A stretch of DNA of 64,000 nt, taken from assembly GCA_046757565.1 (NCBI GenBank), contig JBHHYN010000001.1, forward strand, positions 11,466-75,465. Reading direction: 5' to 3'. The notes below the pieces were generated by a model, which made no database searches, was not told the origin of the DNA, and saw nothing but the letters and a program-made list of their open reading frames with translations. The DNA comes from Gammaproteobacteria bacterium. Lineage in GTDB: Bacteria > Pseudomonadota > Gammaproteobacteria > Eutrophobiales > Eutrophobiaceae. Shown one piece after another: positions 45,086-54,982 of the stretch; position 1 is the stretch's first letter; every line of letters begins with the position of its first letter. A program made the position numbers and the translations under genes.

Positions 45086-46567
45086 TTGCTCATGCTGACA
45101 CTGGTATTCACGCAATTAATGTACACAGTACCGGGCCAAAACCGAATACCTGAAGGACCAGGCAGGTGCCTACGCCATGGTTTGATATTGCTTCTGTCAT
45201 ACCTGTTCCTGGCTGGTTGTACCCAACCCAGAACCCAGCTGGATTGGATCCGTGAACGAGGTGAGATCCGGATAGTAACACGCAACGGACCGACCACCTA
45301 TTTCCTTGAAAAAGACCAGGAAACCGGCCTTGAATATGAATTGGCAAGCCGTTTCGCCGATCGGCTTGGCTTGAAGCTTAAAATAGTTATAGCGCGGAAT
45401 ACTGCCGAGATCATTGATATCATCACCAGGGGAAAAGCCGACCTTGCCGCTGCCGCATTAATCAGTGATTACAGCAGCGATAATCCCTTGATGTTTGGCC
45501 CGAGTTATCAGTGGGTCACGAGGCAGGTGGTATACCGCAACGGCCACCGCCGCCCGGCGTCCCTTGATGATATCTATCCCGATTACCTGGATCTTGCAAA
45601 CGGCACCATCCAGTCACTCCATCTTGCCCGCTTGAGAGAAGCCCATCCCAGCCTCTCCTGGCATGTCCATATCAACAGGGACAATCATGAATTGCTGGAG
45701 ATGATCGAGAACGGAGAAATCCTGTATACCGTTGCAAATTCAAATGAACTGGCGCTGGCCCGGCAATACTATCCGGAAATCCGCGCCGCCTTTAATCTTT
45801 CACCGCCACAACCACTGGCCTGGGCCTTTAAAAAGAGTGATGATCAATCGCTGGTAAATGCCGTCAGGCAATTCTATGACCAGATCTCGAACAATGGCGA
45901 ATTGGCTGAACTTATCGAGCATTTTTACGGCCCGGTTGAATTCTTTGATTATGTCGATTCCCGGAAATTCGTTGACCGTATCCGCAAGCGCCTCCCCAAG
46001 CTTAAACCGCTTTTCGAGCAGGCGGCAAAAAGCTACCACATTGACTGGCGCATGCTTGCCGCGGTGAGTTATCAGGAATCGCACTGGGATGAGCATGCCC
46101 GTTCACCCACAGGTGTGAGGGGGCTGATGATGCTGACCCTGGATACTGCGAAAAGCATCGGTGTCACGAACCGTCTCAACCCAAAACAAAGCATCATGGG
46201 AGGCACGAAATACCTGAAAAAATTAGTCGATAGAATACCCGGGCGCATCAAGCAACCGGACCGCACCTGGTTTGCACTGGCGGCTTATAATACCGGTTTC
46301 GGTCATCTTGAAGATGCGCGAATCCTGACGGAAAAACAGGGTGGTGATCCGGACAGTTGGCAGGAGGTGAAAACCAAACTGCCGTTGTTGAGCAGAAAAA
46401 AATGGTATAGACAAACCAAGCATGGCTTTGCCCGTGGCGTAGAACCGGTTAAATTTGTGGAAAAGATCAGAAAGTATTACAACGTGCTCGTACAGTTGAC
46501 GCAACCGGATATCGTACCCAGCCAACAACTGGTGGAAACCATCCTTGTCAATTCACCCGTGTTGTAG
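45086..46567 (+). CDS. mltF: Membrane-bound lytic murein transglycosylase F (start codon uncertain)
   Basis: Lipobox LFLAGC. N-terminal SBP_bac_3-like domain (IRERGEIRIVTRNGPTTYF...GLEYEL). C-terminal SLT domain (AAVSYQESHWDEHARSPTGVRGLMMLT...AAYNTGFGHL). Confidence 0.85.
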   Translation: MLMLTLVFTQLMYTVPGQNRIPEGPGRCLRHGLILLLSYLFLAGCTQPRTQLDWIRERGEIRIVTRNGPTTYFLEKDQETGLEYELASRFADRLGLKLKIVIARNTAEIIDIITRGKADLAAAALISDYSSDNPLMFGPSYQWVTRQVVYRNGHRRPASLDDIYPDYLDLANGTIQSLHLARLREAHPSLSWHVHINRDNHELLEMIENGEILYTVANSNELALARQYYPEIRAAFNLSPPQPLAWAFKKSDDQSLVNAVRQFYDQISNNGELAELIEHFYGPVEFFDYVDSRKFVDRIRKRLPKLKPLFEQAAKSYHIDWRMLAAVSYQESHWDEHARSPTGVRGLMMLTLDTAKSIGVTNRLNPKQSIMGGTKYLKKLVDRIPGRIKQPDRTWFALAAYNTGFGHLEDARILTEKQGGDPDSWQEVKTKLPLLSRKKWYRQTKHGFARGVEPVKFVEKIRKYYNVLVQLTQPDIVPSQQLVETILVNSPVL

Positions 46568-47804
46568 GTTGTTGCCGATGAAGTGAGCGCCATTCACCGG
46601 AAAGCCGCCTGGCTTCATTTTGATCACCCTCGTTCAGAGTTTGAGCAAGCTTGTCCCGTATCTCGGCTATCTTTTTCTCCCCCGATTCGGCGGCGAGCAA
46701 GAACCATGCATAAGCCAGAAGGTGGTCCCTGCGCACGCCATAACCCTTGATATAACATATCCCGAGAAGATACTGGGCTTTTGTATAACCTTGCATGGCG
46801 GACTTTTCAAACCATTCGCAAGCAAGAGATTCATCCCGCTTGACACCCTGACCATCCAGATAAAGACGCCCAAGCCGGTATTGCGCCTTGGCATAGCCAT
46901 GGTCCGCTGACCATTGATAACATTTTGCCGATTCAATCTCATTGGCATCAACACCCAGCCCCTTCGCATACATCTGCCCCAGCTGATAGTACGCCTTCGG
47001 ATAGTCATGGGTGGCGGCTTTAGAGAACAACTCAAGTGCTGCCTGATAATCCTGCTCGATACCCAGGCCATAGAGATACAGTAGTCCCAGGTTAAATTGC
47101 GCCTTGTAGTAACCCTGATCCGCGGCCCGTTTGTGCCATTTAAACGCCTCGTTATCATCTTGCGGGGCCCCGTATCCACCAGAATACATCAGTGCCAGAT
47201 TGTATTGCGCCTTGGCATAGCCCCGCTGGGCCGCTTGCGTATACCATTTCACAGCTGTCGCCGGATCTCGTGCAGTACCGATCCCTTCAGCATACATCAT
47301 GCCGACATTAAGTTGCGCCTTCAGATGGCCCTGCTCAGCGGCGCGTCGATACCATAACACCGACTCTGCCTCGTTCTTTTCAACCCCGATTCCGTTGGCA
47401 TACATATAACCCAGGTTATAGCGGGCGCCTGCATGGCCCTGCTCTGCGGCCTTGTGGTACCACGCCAGCGCCTGCTTATAATCCTTCCCCGTCCCCAGTC
47501 CTTCCTGATAACACCAGCCAAGGTTGGCCTGTGCGCCCGGATCGCCCTGTCCGGCTGCTTTCTGTAACCAGGAGACCGCCTCGGCAGGGTCTTCCGGCAC
47601 ACCCACTCCTCGAATATACATCTGACCAAGATGTGACTGCGCCACTGCGGAAGCTTGTTCGGCGGCGCGTCGATACCAGTAGGCTGCCTGGCCACGGTCG
47701 AGTTGCACGCCAATGCCATTTTCATACAATTCGGCGAGTTGCAGTTGCACTTCGACCTCACCGGCGTTGGCCTCCGCCGTCAATTGTTCGATGTCTAGAG
47801 CCAT
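46548..47804 (-). CDS. Sel1-repeat (SLR/TPR-like) protein, ~10 tandem repeats
   Basis: Repeating ...A..WY.KAAEQG...AQ.NLG.MY..G.GV..D...A..W... units throughout 418 aa. Confidence 0.9.
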   Translation of the reverse strand: MALDIEQLTAEANAGEVEVQLQLAELYENGIGVQLDRGQAAYWYRRAAEQASAVAQSHLGQMYIRGVGVPEDPAEAVSWLQKAAGQGDPGAQANLGWCYQEGLGTGKDYKQALAWYHKAAEQGHAGARYNLGYMYANGIGVEKNEAESVLWYRRAAEQGHLKAQLNVGMMYAEGIGTARDPATAVKWYTQAAQRGYAKAQYNLALMYSGGYGAPQDDNEAFKWHKRAADQGYYKAQFNLGLLYLYGLGIEQDYQAALELFSKAATHDYPKAYYQLGQMYAKGLGVDANEIESAKCYQWSADHGYAKAQYRLGRLYLDGQGVKRDESLACEWFEKSAMQGYTKAQYLLGICYIKGYGVRRDHLLAYAWFLLAAESGEKKIAEIRDKLAQTLNEGDQNEARRLSGEWRSLHRQQPTTRVN

Positions 47805-47986
47805 GTCTTGCCCGCTATCTTTGGGGTAAAGAAATTCAAACAGTCGTTATTCAATAACAAATAGACATTATAGATTAAGAAGTTCTGCGCTGTTCCTGCA
47901 TGAATTCCAAGGTTAGATGTCTAACTATATAATTACAATCTAATTTTTAGTAAAAACACCCTGTTCCAGGATTACTTTAACCGGCA

Positions 47987-48916
47987 TTATGTCACATCGC
48001 TTTCAGCTTTTTCCTCACGGGTCCAATAATCCCAGTATGGTAAAGGCTGATAACGTTCATACAGAAAATTGACGAAGGTGCTGACCTTGGCGGATAACAG
48101 CCGGCGTTGCAAATAAACGGCGTAAATAGGTAACGCCGGCGGTTCATATTGTTCCAACACCGGTTGCAGCCTGCCCGCCTTGATATCCAACCCCGTCATA
48201 TAGGTCGGCAGCTGTATCAAGCCGCAACCCTGTATGGCGGCAATACGCAGGGCATCGCCGGTATTGGCTTTTATTGACCCGGTTACACGCACATTATAGG
48301 TACCCTGTTCGCCGGTAAACGGCCACGCCCCCAACGGTGAACGGGGGGAAAAAACGAGACAATTATAGCGCTCGAGATCGGACGGGACCTCAGGCATACC
48401 GTTTTTTTTCAGATAGTCCGGTGAAGCGCAAACGACCAGTCGCGATTGTGATAATTTCCGGGCTACCTGGGAGGAATCTTTAAGCTCACCGATACGAATG
48501 GCAAGATCCAGCCCCTCACCGACAAAGTCGGGGGTGCGGGCCGTGAACAGCAAATCAATTCTGACATTTGGATATTCCTTCCGGTAATCGGCCATGGCCC
48601 GGGTAAGGTGAAAAGAACCAAATGACGTAGGCGCCATGATCCGCAGGGTACCGCTGGGCTCGGAACTAAGTTGTGCAACCGTCAACTCGGTCTCTTCCAT
48701 CTCTTCCAGTATCACCTGGATCCGGTCCCGGTAGGCCATACCGGCCTCAGTCAGACTCAGGCGCCGCGTGGTCCGGTTCAGCAGTCTGACACCGAGTTGT
48801 CCCTCCAGACCGGTGACATGTTTGGATGCCATGGCCTTGGAAATACCAAGATGTTTGGCAGCGGCGGAGAAGCTCCCCAATCGGGTGACCTGTAAAAATA
48901 CCTGAATGCTACTCAA
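47987..48916 (-). CDS. LysR-family transcriptional regulator
   Basis: N-terminal HTH (FLQVTRLGSFSAAAKHLGISKAMASKHVTGLEGQLGVRLLNRTTRRLSLTEAG) plus a LysR substrate-binding domain. Divergent from the 49101 gene. Confidence 0.9.
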   Translation of the reverse strand: MSSIQVFLQVTRLGSFSAAAKHLGISKAMASKHVTGLEGQLGVRLLNRTTRRLSLTEAGMAYRDRIQVILEEMEETELTVAQLSSEPSGTLRIMAPTSFGSFHLTRAMADYRKEYPNVRIDLLFTARTPDFVGEGLDLAIRIGELKDSSQVARKLSQSRLVVCASPDYLKKNGMPEVPSDLERYNCLVFSPRSPLGAWPFTGEQGTYNVRVTGSIKANTGDALRIAAIQGCGLIQLPTYMTGLDIKAGRLQPVLEQYEPPALPIYAVYLQRRLLSAKVSTFVNFLYERYQPLPYWDYWTREEKAESDVT

Positions 48917-49100
48917 TTTATCTATGGATCAGAACCTGCCTTTATTGTTTCATATTATGAAACTGTTAATCTAATAAAAGTTGTATTGTAAATCAATATA
49001 TAATCAATTACTCTCCCTGTCCACTGCAACAACGGCCTGTCAACAGCAGCTGGAGTTGCGGGGAAACCCTGTAATGAGATGTAAAGATAAGGAGCAATAC

Positions 49101-49535
49101 ATGAACAAATTTGCTGTGCTGTTGTTGTCAACAGTACTGACTCTCCCGGCCGGCGCTACAAGCGAACAGACCGGGAACGCCATCCAGGCCACTATCGAAG
49201 GTCTGGAGTCGGCCTTGAATGACAACGACATCAAGGGAATAAGGGAGAGCTATACAGACAATGCGACACTCATCCCCTCAGAATCTGAGACGCTGAATAA
49301 CAGGGCTGAGATCGGTTCCTTTTGGAATGCCAAACTAAACATGGCCAAGAGCCGATACCATATCGATGTGATCGATTTTCGTGTCGATAACAATATCGCC
49401 TACCTATCGGCGCTGTGGACAGCCACGTTCATCAAAGCGGGCATCCAGGCGCAGATCAGGGATGGCTACCTGAGTAGTGTGCTCGAACGTCAACAGGATG
49501 GTGATTGGAAGATCCATAGCCAGACCTGGGACTAA
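49101..49535 (+). CDS. Secreted NTF2-like (SnoaL/DUF4440-type) protein. True start is the ATG at 49101
   Basis: AAGGAG SD, signal peptide MNKFAVLLLSTVLTLPAGA, then a ~125-aa domain ending ...ERQQDGDWKIHSQTWD, typical of DUF4440/SnoaL-like folds. Confidence 0.6.
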   Translation: MNKFAVLLLSTVLTLPAGATSEQTGNAIQATIEGLESALNDNDIKGIRESYTDNATLIPSESETLNNRAEIGSFWNAKLNMAKSRYHIDVIDFRVDNNIAYLSALWTATFIKAGIQAQIRDGYLSSVLERQQDGDWKIHSQTWD

Positions 49536-49639
49536 CCTGACAACCTCCCCCTCGCACAAGGAGGTGCACCCTTTTATAGGTGTTAGCTGCAATCTACGAT
49601 TTACTGATTCCGCCATGATCGCCTGTTACAATTCACGGC

Positions 49640-50641
49640 ATGCCTCAGCCGGATGATACTTTCCCGTTTCACAGGCTTGCGCCTGACGATATCCTGGATG
49701 CTGTAGAGAGCACTGGATTTCGTTGCGACGGCCATGTATCGGCGCTGAACAGCTACGAGAATCGCGTCTACCAGATCGGCCTGGAAGACGGTTCTTTTGT
49801 GGTGGCAAAATTCTATCGCCCCGGACGTTGGAGCGACGAGACGATTCTGGAAGAACATGCCTTTACGCTGGAACTGGCCGCCACTGAGATCCCGGTAATC
49901 GCGCCACTCAGGGACAGTCGGGGTGAGACCCTGTTACACGCCGGTCCCTACCGTTTTGCCGTCTACCCCCGATGCGGTGGCCGGGCGCCTGAACTGGATG
50001 ATCCAGAGCATTTAATGCAGATTGGACGCTGCCTCGCCCGTATTCATAACATCGGGGCCATACAACCGTTTCTACACCGCTCGGAAATCAGTCTTGAAAT
50101 CTTCGCCATCAAGCCGCGCCGGTTGCTGCTGGATGGCGGCTTTATTCCGGACGATTTAATCGATGCCTATACCAGCCTGACCGACCTGGTCATTGATAGC
50201 ATCGACGCTTGCATGCAGCGGGCCGCTGATTACCAGCGCTTGCGTTTACATGGCGATTGCCACCTGGGTAATGTCCTCTGGTATGACGATGCGCCATTCA
50301 TGGTCGATTTTGATGATGGCCGCATGGGACCGGCGATCCAGGATCTGTGGATGTTCCTGTCCGGAGACCGGAATTATATGACGGCCAGGCTGCATGATCT
50401 GCTGGAGGGCTATTGCGGTTTCCGGGATTTCGATCCCCGGGAGCTGCATCTGGTCGAACCCTTACGCACCCTGCGCATGATGCATTATGCCGCCTGGCTC
50501 GCCAGGCGCTGGAACGACCCCGCCTTCCCCAGGGCTTTTCCCTGGTTCAACAGCCAGCAATACTGGGAAGATCATATACTCACATTGAAAGAACAGATGG
50601 CGATCATGCAGGAACCACCGCTGCACTGGCATCCTCTATAA
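49640..50641 (+). CDS. srkA: Stress-response serine/threonine kinase SrkA (YihE/RdoA family)
   Basis: FHRLAPDDILDAVESTGFRCDGHVSALNSYENRVYQIGLEDGSFVVAKFYRPGRWS...LHGDCHLGNVLW...VDFDD: the APH-fold YihE pattern. Confidence 0.85.
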   Translation: MPQPDDTFPFHRLAPDDILDAVESTGFRCDGHVSALNSYENRVYQIGLEDGSFVVAKFYRPGRWSDETILEEHAFTLELAATEIPVIAPLRDSRGETLLHAGPYRFAVYPRCGGRAPELDDPEHLMQIGRCLARIHNIGAIQPFLHRSEISLEIFAIKPRRLLLDGGFIPDDLIDAYTSLTDLVIDSIDACMQRAADYQRLRLHGDCHLGNVLWYDDAPFMVDFDDGRMGPAIQDLWMFLSGDRNYMTARLHDLLEGYCGFRDFDPRELHLVEPLRTLRMMHYAAWLARRWNDPAFPRAFPWFNSQQYWEDHILTLKEQMAIMQEPPLHWHPL

Positions 50642-50709
50642 TTTGGCTAATCGTTAAAAATAGGTTTCAAGAAATAGAGAGCGTGCGCAAAGAACATTCC
50701 GATTGGCAA

Positions 50710-52557
50710 ATGAACAGTATCCTGGAACAAACCCGAGAGTCTGCTTACCCTGCGAAAATGGAGTCGGGGAAAAACAGACACTATGACTGGCCTTACTTCT
50801 TCGCAGTAGCAAAAGAGCATAAACGCGAAATCGTCCTGGCAAACATTATTGCACTCATAGCCACTGTGGCGGCCATACCCATTCCCCTGTTAATGCCATT
50901 ACTTGTCGATGAGGTGTTGCTTCATAAACCCGGGATGATCGTGGCTATCATCGATGGGATCACGCCCGGGGCATGGCACGGCCCGTTCCTCTATATCGCG
51001 GCCGTACTCATTGTTACGCTGTTTCTGAGAATGACATCACTCTTCCTGAACGTTTGGCAGACACGCCAATTCACTATTATTTCCAAAGATGTCATCTTCC
51101 GCATACGGCAAGCGCTGTTATCACATCTGGGAAAAGTCTCCATATCAGAATATGAAGTACTCGGCAGCGGTACGGTAGCATCCTTTTTCGTCACGGATCT
51201 TGAAACCATCGATCAATTCGTCGGAACCACCATCAGCAAATTCCTGGTTGCCGTACTGAGCATCATAGGTATTACCGTTGTGCTGCTCTGGCTGAACTGG
51301 CAACTGGCATTGTTTATCCTGTTTATGAATCCCATCGTCATCTACTTCACCATGGTGCTTGGCATGCATGTCAAGGAATTGAAGAAGAAAGAGAACAAGG
51401 CCTTTGAGGTTTTTCAACAGTCACTCAATGAAACCCTGGAATCCATTCAGCAGGTTCGTGCAAGCAACCGGGAACGCCATTATGTCTTGCAGATGATCGA
51501 TCATGCCCGAGAGGTAAAAGGGAGTGGCGTTGCCTATGCCTGGAAGAGCGACGCGGCCAACCGCTTGAGTTTTGTCATATTCCTGTTCGGTTTCGATATC
51601 TTCCGTGCCGTCTCCATGATGATGGTTGTTCTCTCCGGGTTATCCATCGGCCAGATGTTTGCCGTATTCGGCTATTTATGGTTCATGATGACCCCGGTAC
51701 AGGAAGTGCTCAATATCCAGTATGCCTATCACAGTGCCAATGCTGCGCTTGCGCGTGTTAACCGACTCTGCGATCTGAACCGGGAACCGGCGTATCCGCA
51801 CGAGATCGATCCATTTGCTAATAAAACCACCGTTGGCATCCGGATCGAAGCACTGCATTTCGCCTACGGCAAGGCCCAGGATGTACTGAACGGCATCAAC
51901 CTGAATATCGACCCTGGTGAAAAGGTCGCACTGGTCGGCGCCAGTGGCGGCGGCAAATCAACACTGGTATCCGTGTTAATTGGTCTCTATCCCTCTCGGT
52001 CCGGGATGGTTTACTACGACCACGTGCCGGCCACCCGCATCGGTCTTGAAGTTATCCGTGAAAATGTCGCCACCGTGTTACAGCACCCTGCCCTGTTCAA
52101 CGATACCGTACGGAGTAATTTAACCATGGGCAAAAACCTGTCCGAAGAAAGACTCTGGCAGGCCCTGGAGATCGCACAGCTGAGACACACTATAGAGGAG
52201 ATGGAGGCAGGGCTTGACACCATCGTCGGCCGTCACGGTATACGGCTGTCCGGCGGCCAACGTCAACGGCTCGCCATAGCCCGCATGGTATTGACTGATC
52301 CAAAAGTGGTTATCCTCGATGAAGCCACCTCAGCCCTTGACGCCGAAACTGAATATCAGCTGCATACGGCATTGAGTGGTTTTCTCAAAGACCGTACAAC
52401 GATCATCGTTGCCCACCGTTTGAGCGCCATTAAACAGGCGAACCATGTTTATGTATTTGAGTCAGGAACGGTAAGCGAAGAGGGCAGCCACCGGGAACTG
52501 CTGTCCCGCAACGGCTTGTATGCAAATCTCTATGGCGTGAGACAATCATTGGGGTAG
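50710..52557 (+). CDS. ABC exporter, fused TMD-NBD half-transporter (MsbA/ABCB-like). True start is the ATG at 50710
   Basis: Six hydrophobic segments, then Walker A GASGGGKST, signature LSGGQRQRLAIAR, Walker B ILDEATSALD. The upstream 99 codons of the track ORF overlap srkA and are not coding. Confidence 0.9.
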   Translation: MNSILEQTRESAYPAKMESGKNRHYDWPYFFAVAKEHKREIVLANIIALIATVAAIPIPLLMPLLVDEVLLHKPGMIVAIIDGITPGAWHGPFLYIAAVLIVTLFLRMTSLFLNVWQTRQFTIISKDVIFRIRQALLSHLGKVSISEYEVLGSGTVASFFVTDLETIDQFVGTTISKFLVAVLSIIGITVVLLWLNWQLALFILFMNPIVIYFTMVLGMHVKELKKKENKAFEVFQQSLNETLESIQQVRASNRERHYVLQMIDHAREVKGSGVAYAWKSDAANRLSFVIFLFGFDIFRAVSMMMVVLSGLSIGQMFAVFGYLWFMMTPVQEVLNIQYAYHSANAALARVNRLCDLNREPAYPHEIDPFANKTTVGIRIEALHFAYGKAQDVLNGINLNIDPGEKVALVGASGGGKSTLVSVLIGLYPSRSGMVYYDHVPATRIGLEVIRENVATVLQHPALFNDTVRSNLTMGKNLSEERLWQALEIAQLRHTIEEMEAGLDTIVGRHGIRLSGGQRQRLAIARMVLTDPKVVILDEATSALDAETEYQLHTALSGFLKDRTTIIVAHRLSAIKQANHVYVFESGTVSEEGSHRELLSRNGLYANLYGVRQSLG

Positions 52558-52559
52558 GG

Positions 52560-52605
52560 AAGGTTCAAGGTTCGGGGTTCGGGGTTCGGGGTTCAGGGTT
52601 CGGGG
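52560..52605. repeat. Heptamer microsatellite (RRGGTTC)x6 with four or more G3-4 runs
   Basis: aaggttc aaggttc ggggttc ggggttc ggggttc agggttc gggg, directly after the ABC exporter stop codon. Confidence 0.9.
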
Positions 52606-52612
52606 AGAAGGG

Positions 52613-52941
52613 AACAGATTTATTTTTCATGCTCGATAATCACTCGCTCCCTATTATGTCCACGCAGCACGATATGATAGGAGGTATTCCTCAATGTAAT
52701 CTTCGCCTGCATTGGCATGACGCTTCTCCTTAATCGTTTTCTTCAAACATTTTGGGTCTTCAGCAGAATCTGTGGGTTGATATATAAACAGTAGCCCGTC
52801 ATTCCCGTGAAAACGGGAATGACGGTATTTATGACTTGAATCCGCCTCTCTATTTAATCAGTTTCTATTCAAAAGTCTTTCTTGTTAACCCACAAATTCT
52901 GCTGAAGAGCCAACATTTTAAGTCAAAAAATAAATCTGTCC
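52613..52941 (-). mobile_element. Copy B of the IR-bounded Y1-transposase-fragment element, itself interrupted by MITE copy 1
   Basis: Ends acagatttattttt (52614-52627) and aaaaataaatctgt (52926-52939) are perfect inverted repeats. Inner ORF comp(52620-52718) = MPMQAKITLRNTSYHIVLRGHNRERVIIEHEK, the same 32-codon length as copy A. Confidence 0.55.
52754..52911 (+). mobile_element. 158-bp MITE, copy 1, with 25-bp terminal inverted repeats and 8-bp target-site duplication AACATTTT
   Basis: Left end gggtcttcagcagaatctgtgggtt, right end aacccacaaattctgctgaagagcc. Flanks aacatttt|...|aacatttt. Internal 13-bp-stem hairpin ccgtcattcccgt-gaaa-acgggaatgacgg. Confidence 0.88.
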
Positions 52942-52972
52942 CCTTTTGCTATGGCATGATCCCCACAGATTG

Positions 52973-53833
52973 TTAAAACATTGCCAGTGTTGTCTCATAG
53001 GCACTTGTCACCAGCTTGTCAAGCGGCCAGGAGCGCATGGATTTATTCAGTACTTCTATGCCGTAGGGTCCTTCATAGCCTGCGTTTTGCACGGCTTTTA
53101 TCAGCCCCTTGATATCGAATTCACCTTCTCCGCACAACAACCTGTGATTGACTGTCTGCTCACTCCAATCACCGCTAATCTGTGCCGGACCGTCATTGAT
53201 TTCAACGCCCTTCAGATATTTCAACGGCAGCTTTTCGGTAGTGGTATTGGGTATCTTGAGTGAATGGAAATGCCATATATCTACCATTAATCCACCGTTC
53301 GCGGCGCCGGCGCCCTCGACCAGGACCAGTGCCTCATCCAGATCACCGGGCGTGCTCCACGGAATTAATTCAAACACAATATCCGTGCCGTGTTCGACAC
53401 CTTCCGCACATAATTTCGAATACTCTTCGATTAATCTCTCCATGGGGCAGGGAGCGCCAATAAAATCGCCAATCTTTATATGGCGGGCTTCGAGTGTCTC
53501 GGCTGTACCCAGCAATAACTTCCTGATCCGGTCAGATTCCTTGCGTTGTTTCCCGTCGGAGAACCAGCCGGTAATGAATTCCAGTTCCACATGCTTGATC
53601 CCATTGTCATCCAGTATGTGCTTCATCTCTGTAACCGTCCGGGACTCAAGGATATGCTCGATGTCAGCGTGCCAGAAACCCATACCCCTGAAACCCGCCT
53701 TGGCACAGGCCTCAACACGGTCCCTGAAATCAAACGGGCTGTATTCCGGGCCGGTATGGGGGATCGCCCCTCCGGCGATGGTCCAGTATGAGGCCAGTAA
53801 CTCGACACCGGCCCCGTGATGATTATGTGGCAT
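52973..53833 (-). CDS. Xylose-isomerase-like TIM-barrel protein (sugar phosphate isomerase/epimerase, AP_endonuc_2 family)
   Basis: 286 aa with the family's spaced metal-ligand pattern (..HVELEF.., ..IVFELIPW.., ..VDIWHF.., ..GIEVLN..). Specific activity (isomerase or dehydratase) cannot be assigned. Confidence 0.75.
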   Translation of the reverse strand: MPHNHHGAGVELLASYWTIAGGAIPHTGPEYSPFDFRDRVEACAKAGFRGMGFWHADIEHILESRTVTEMKHILDDNGIKHVELEFITGWFSDGKQRKESDRIRKLLLGTAETLEARHIKIGDFIGAPCPMERLIEEYSKLCAEGVEHGTDIVFELIPWSTPGDLDEALVLVEGAGAANGGLMVDIWHFHSLKIPNTTTEKLPLKYLKGVEINDGPAQISGDWSEQTVNHRLLCGEGEFDIKGLIKAVQNAGYEGPYGIEVLNKSMRSWPLDKLVTSAYETTLAMF

Positions 53834-53899
53834 ATTATTTTCCTCTGGCTATTTATGTATCAAGCCTGAAGACTCCGGTCAATGATGTTCAGCAGGCGC

Positions 53900-54673
53900 T
53901 CAAAAGGCCACATGCATCATATAACCCCCATCAACATGCAGGTTTTGCCCAACGGTATTGCCTGACAACGGGCTTGCCAGAAATACCACCGCGGCAGCCA
54001 CTTCCTCGGGTGTCCCCAGCCTGCCTATGACACACTGCCGCAGTGCATCGTCATAAACTTGTGGCGCATTCTGCTTGATATGATCCCAGGGACCCTTTTC
54101 GAAGTAGATCGGGCCCGGTGATACCATATTGACCCGAATGCCTTCCCCGGCGAACTCCTTGCTGATCTGGGATCCGTAGGCGATGAGTGCAGCCTTACAT
54201 GAACCGTAGGCCACTATACCCGGAGCTTTCAGCACCTTTGACATTAGGCCGGAGATGCTGGCGATCAATACGATCGCACCTGCATCTGATTTGCGTAAGT
54301 GGGGCAGTGCGGTTTCGCAGCCATGTACCGTGCCAAGGATGTCCGTGGCAATCTCCTTTTGCCATCCCTCCTCGCCGGCCGCGACAGGCCCGGCGGAGAC
54401 ATTGGAAACAAATATGTCGAGACCGCCCAGTCGTTCCGCCGCAGAATCGATCCATGCCACATAGGATTCCTTTTCCGTGATATCCACAGAGTCGCCAATC
54501 GCATGAACACCTTTCTGCTTCAATTCATTGACCGCCCCGTCCACACCAATCCGGTTGCGGGCACAGATGGCAACGTCAGCGCCTTCGTCCGCGAGTAGAT
54601 GGGCGATACGTAATCCGATACCTCTTGATGCACCGGTAACAATAGCCCGTTTACCCTTGATTTTCAGATCCAT
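53900..54673 (-). CDS. Short-chain dehydrogenase/reductase (classical SDR)
   Basis: TGASRGIG cofactor motif, NVSAG, catalytic Y-x3-K (YGSCKAAL), PG motif VSPGPI. Confidence 0.9.
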   Translation of the reverse strand: MDLKIKGKRAIVTGASRGIGLRIAHLLADEGADVAICARNRIGVDGAVNELKQKGVHAIGDSVDITEKESYVAWIDSAAERLGGLDIFVSNVSAGPVAAGEEGWQKEIATDILGTVHGCETALPHLRKSDAGAIVLIASISGLMSKVLKAPGIVAYGSCKAALIAYGSQISKEFAGEGIRVNMVSPGPIYFEKGPWDHIKQNAPQVYDDALRQCVIGRLGTPEEVAAAVVFLASPLSGNTVGQNLHVDGGYMMHVAF

Positions 54674-54713
54674 GTTACCCTCCGGCCTGTTTCCGCCTAT
54701 GGCGTGGGAAGTT

Positions 54714-54956
54714 TCAGGAATTCATCTCTACAACACATAGCACCTCCCCGACCCGGGCATTCTCTTCCTCGGCGACCAGGATTTCGATTATTTTACCCTC
54801 CACCGGCGCTGCAACCTGCTGGGTGACCTTTTCAGTTTCAATCTCGTAGAGGATATCGCCTTTGCTGAATTCATCACCAACCTGTTTGTTCCATTTAACA
54901 ATAGTGGCCTCCTGCATATTCATACCAATACGGGAAAGCTTAAGACTGATCTGCAT
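54714..54956 (-). CDS. Free-standing lipoyl-attachment domain protein (E2-type biotin_lipoyl domain, no catalytic domain)
   Basis: 80 aa. ...GDILYEIETEKVTQQVAAPVEGKIIEILV... with the lipoyl-lysine in the E-T-E-K context. The ORF ends right after the domain. Confidence 0.8.
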   Translation of the reverse strand: MQISLKLSRIGMNMQEATIVKWNKQVGDEFSKGDILYEIETEKVTQQVAAPVEGKIIEILVAEEENARVGEVLCVVEMNS

Positions 54957-54982
54957 TATTTATCCTGATCACCAGCGTACTA

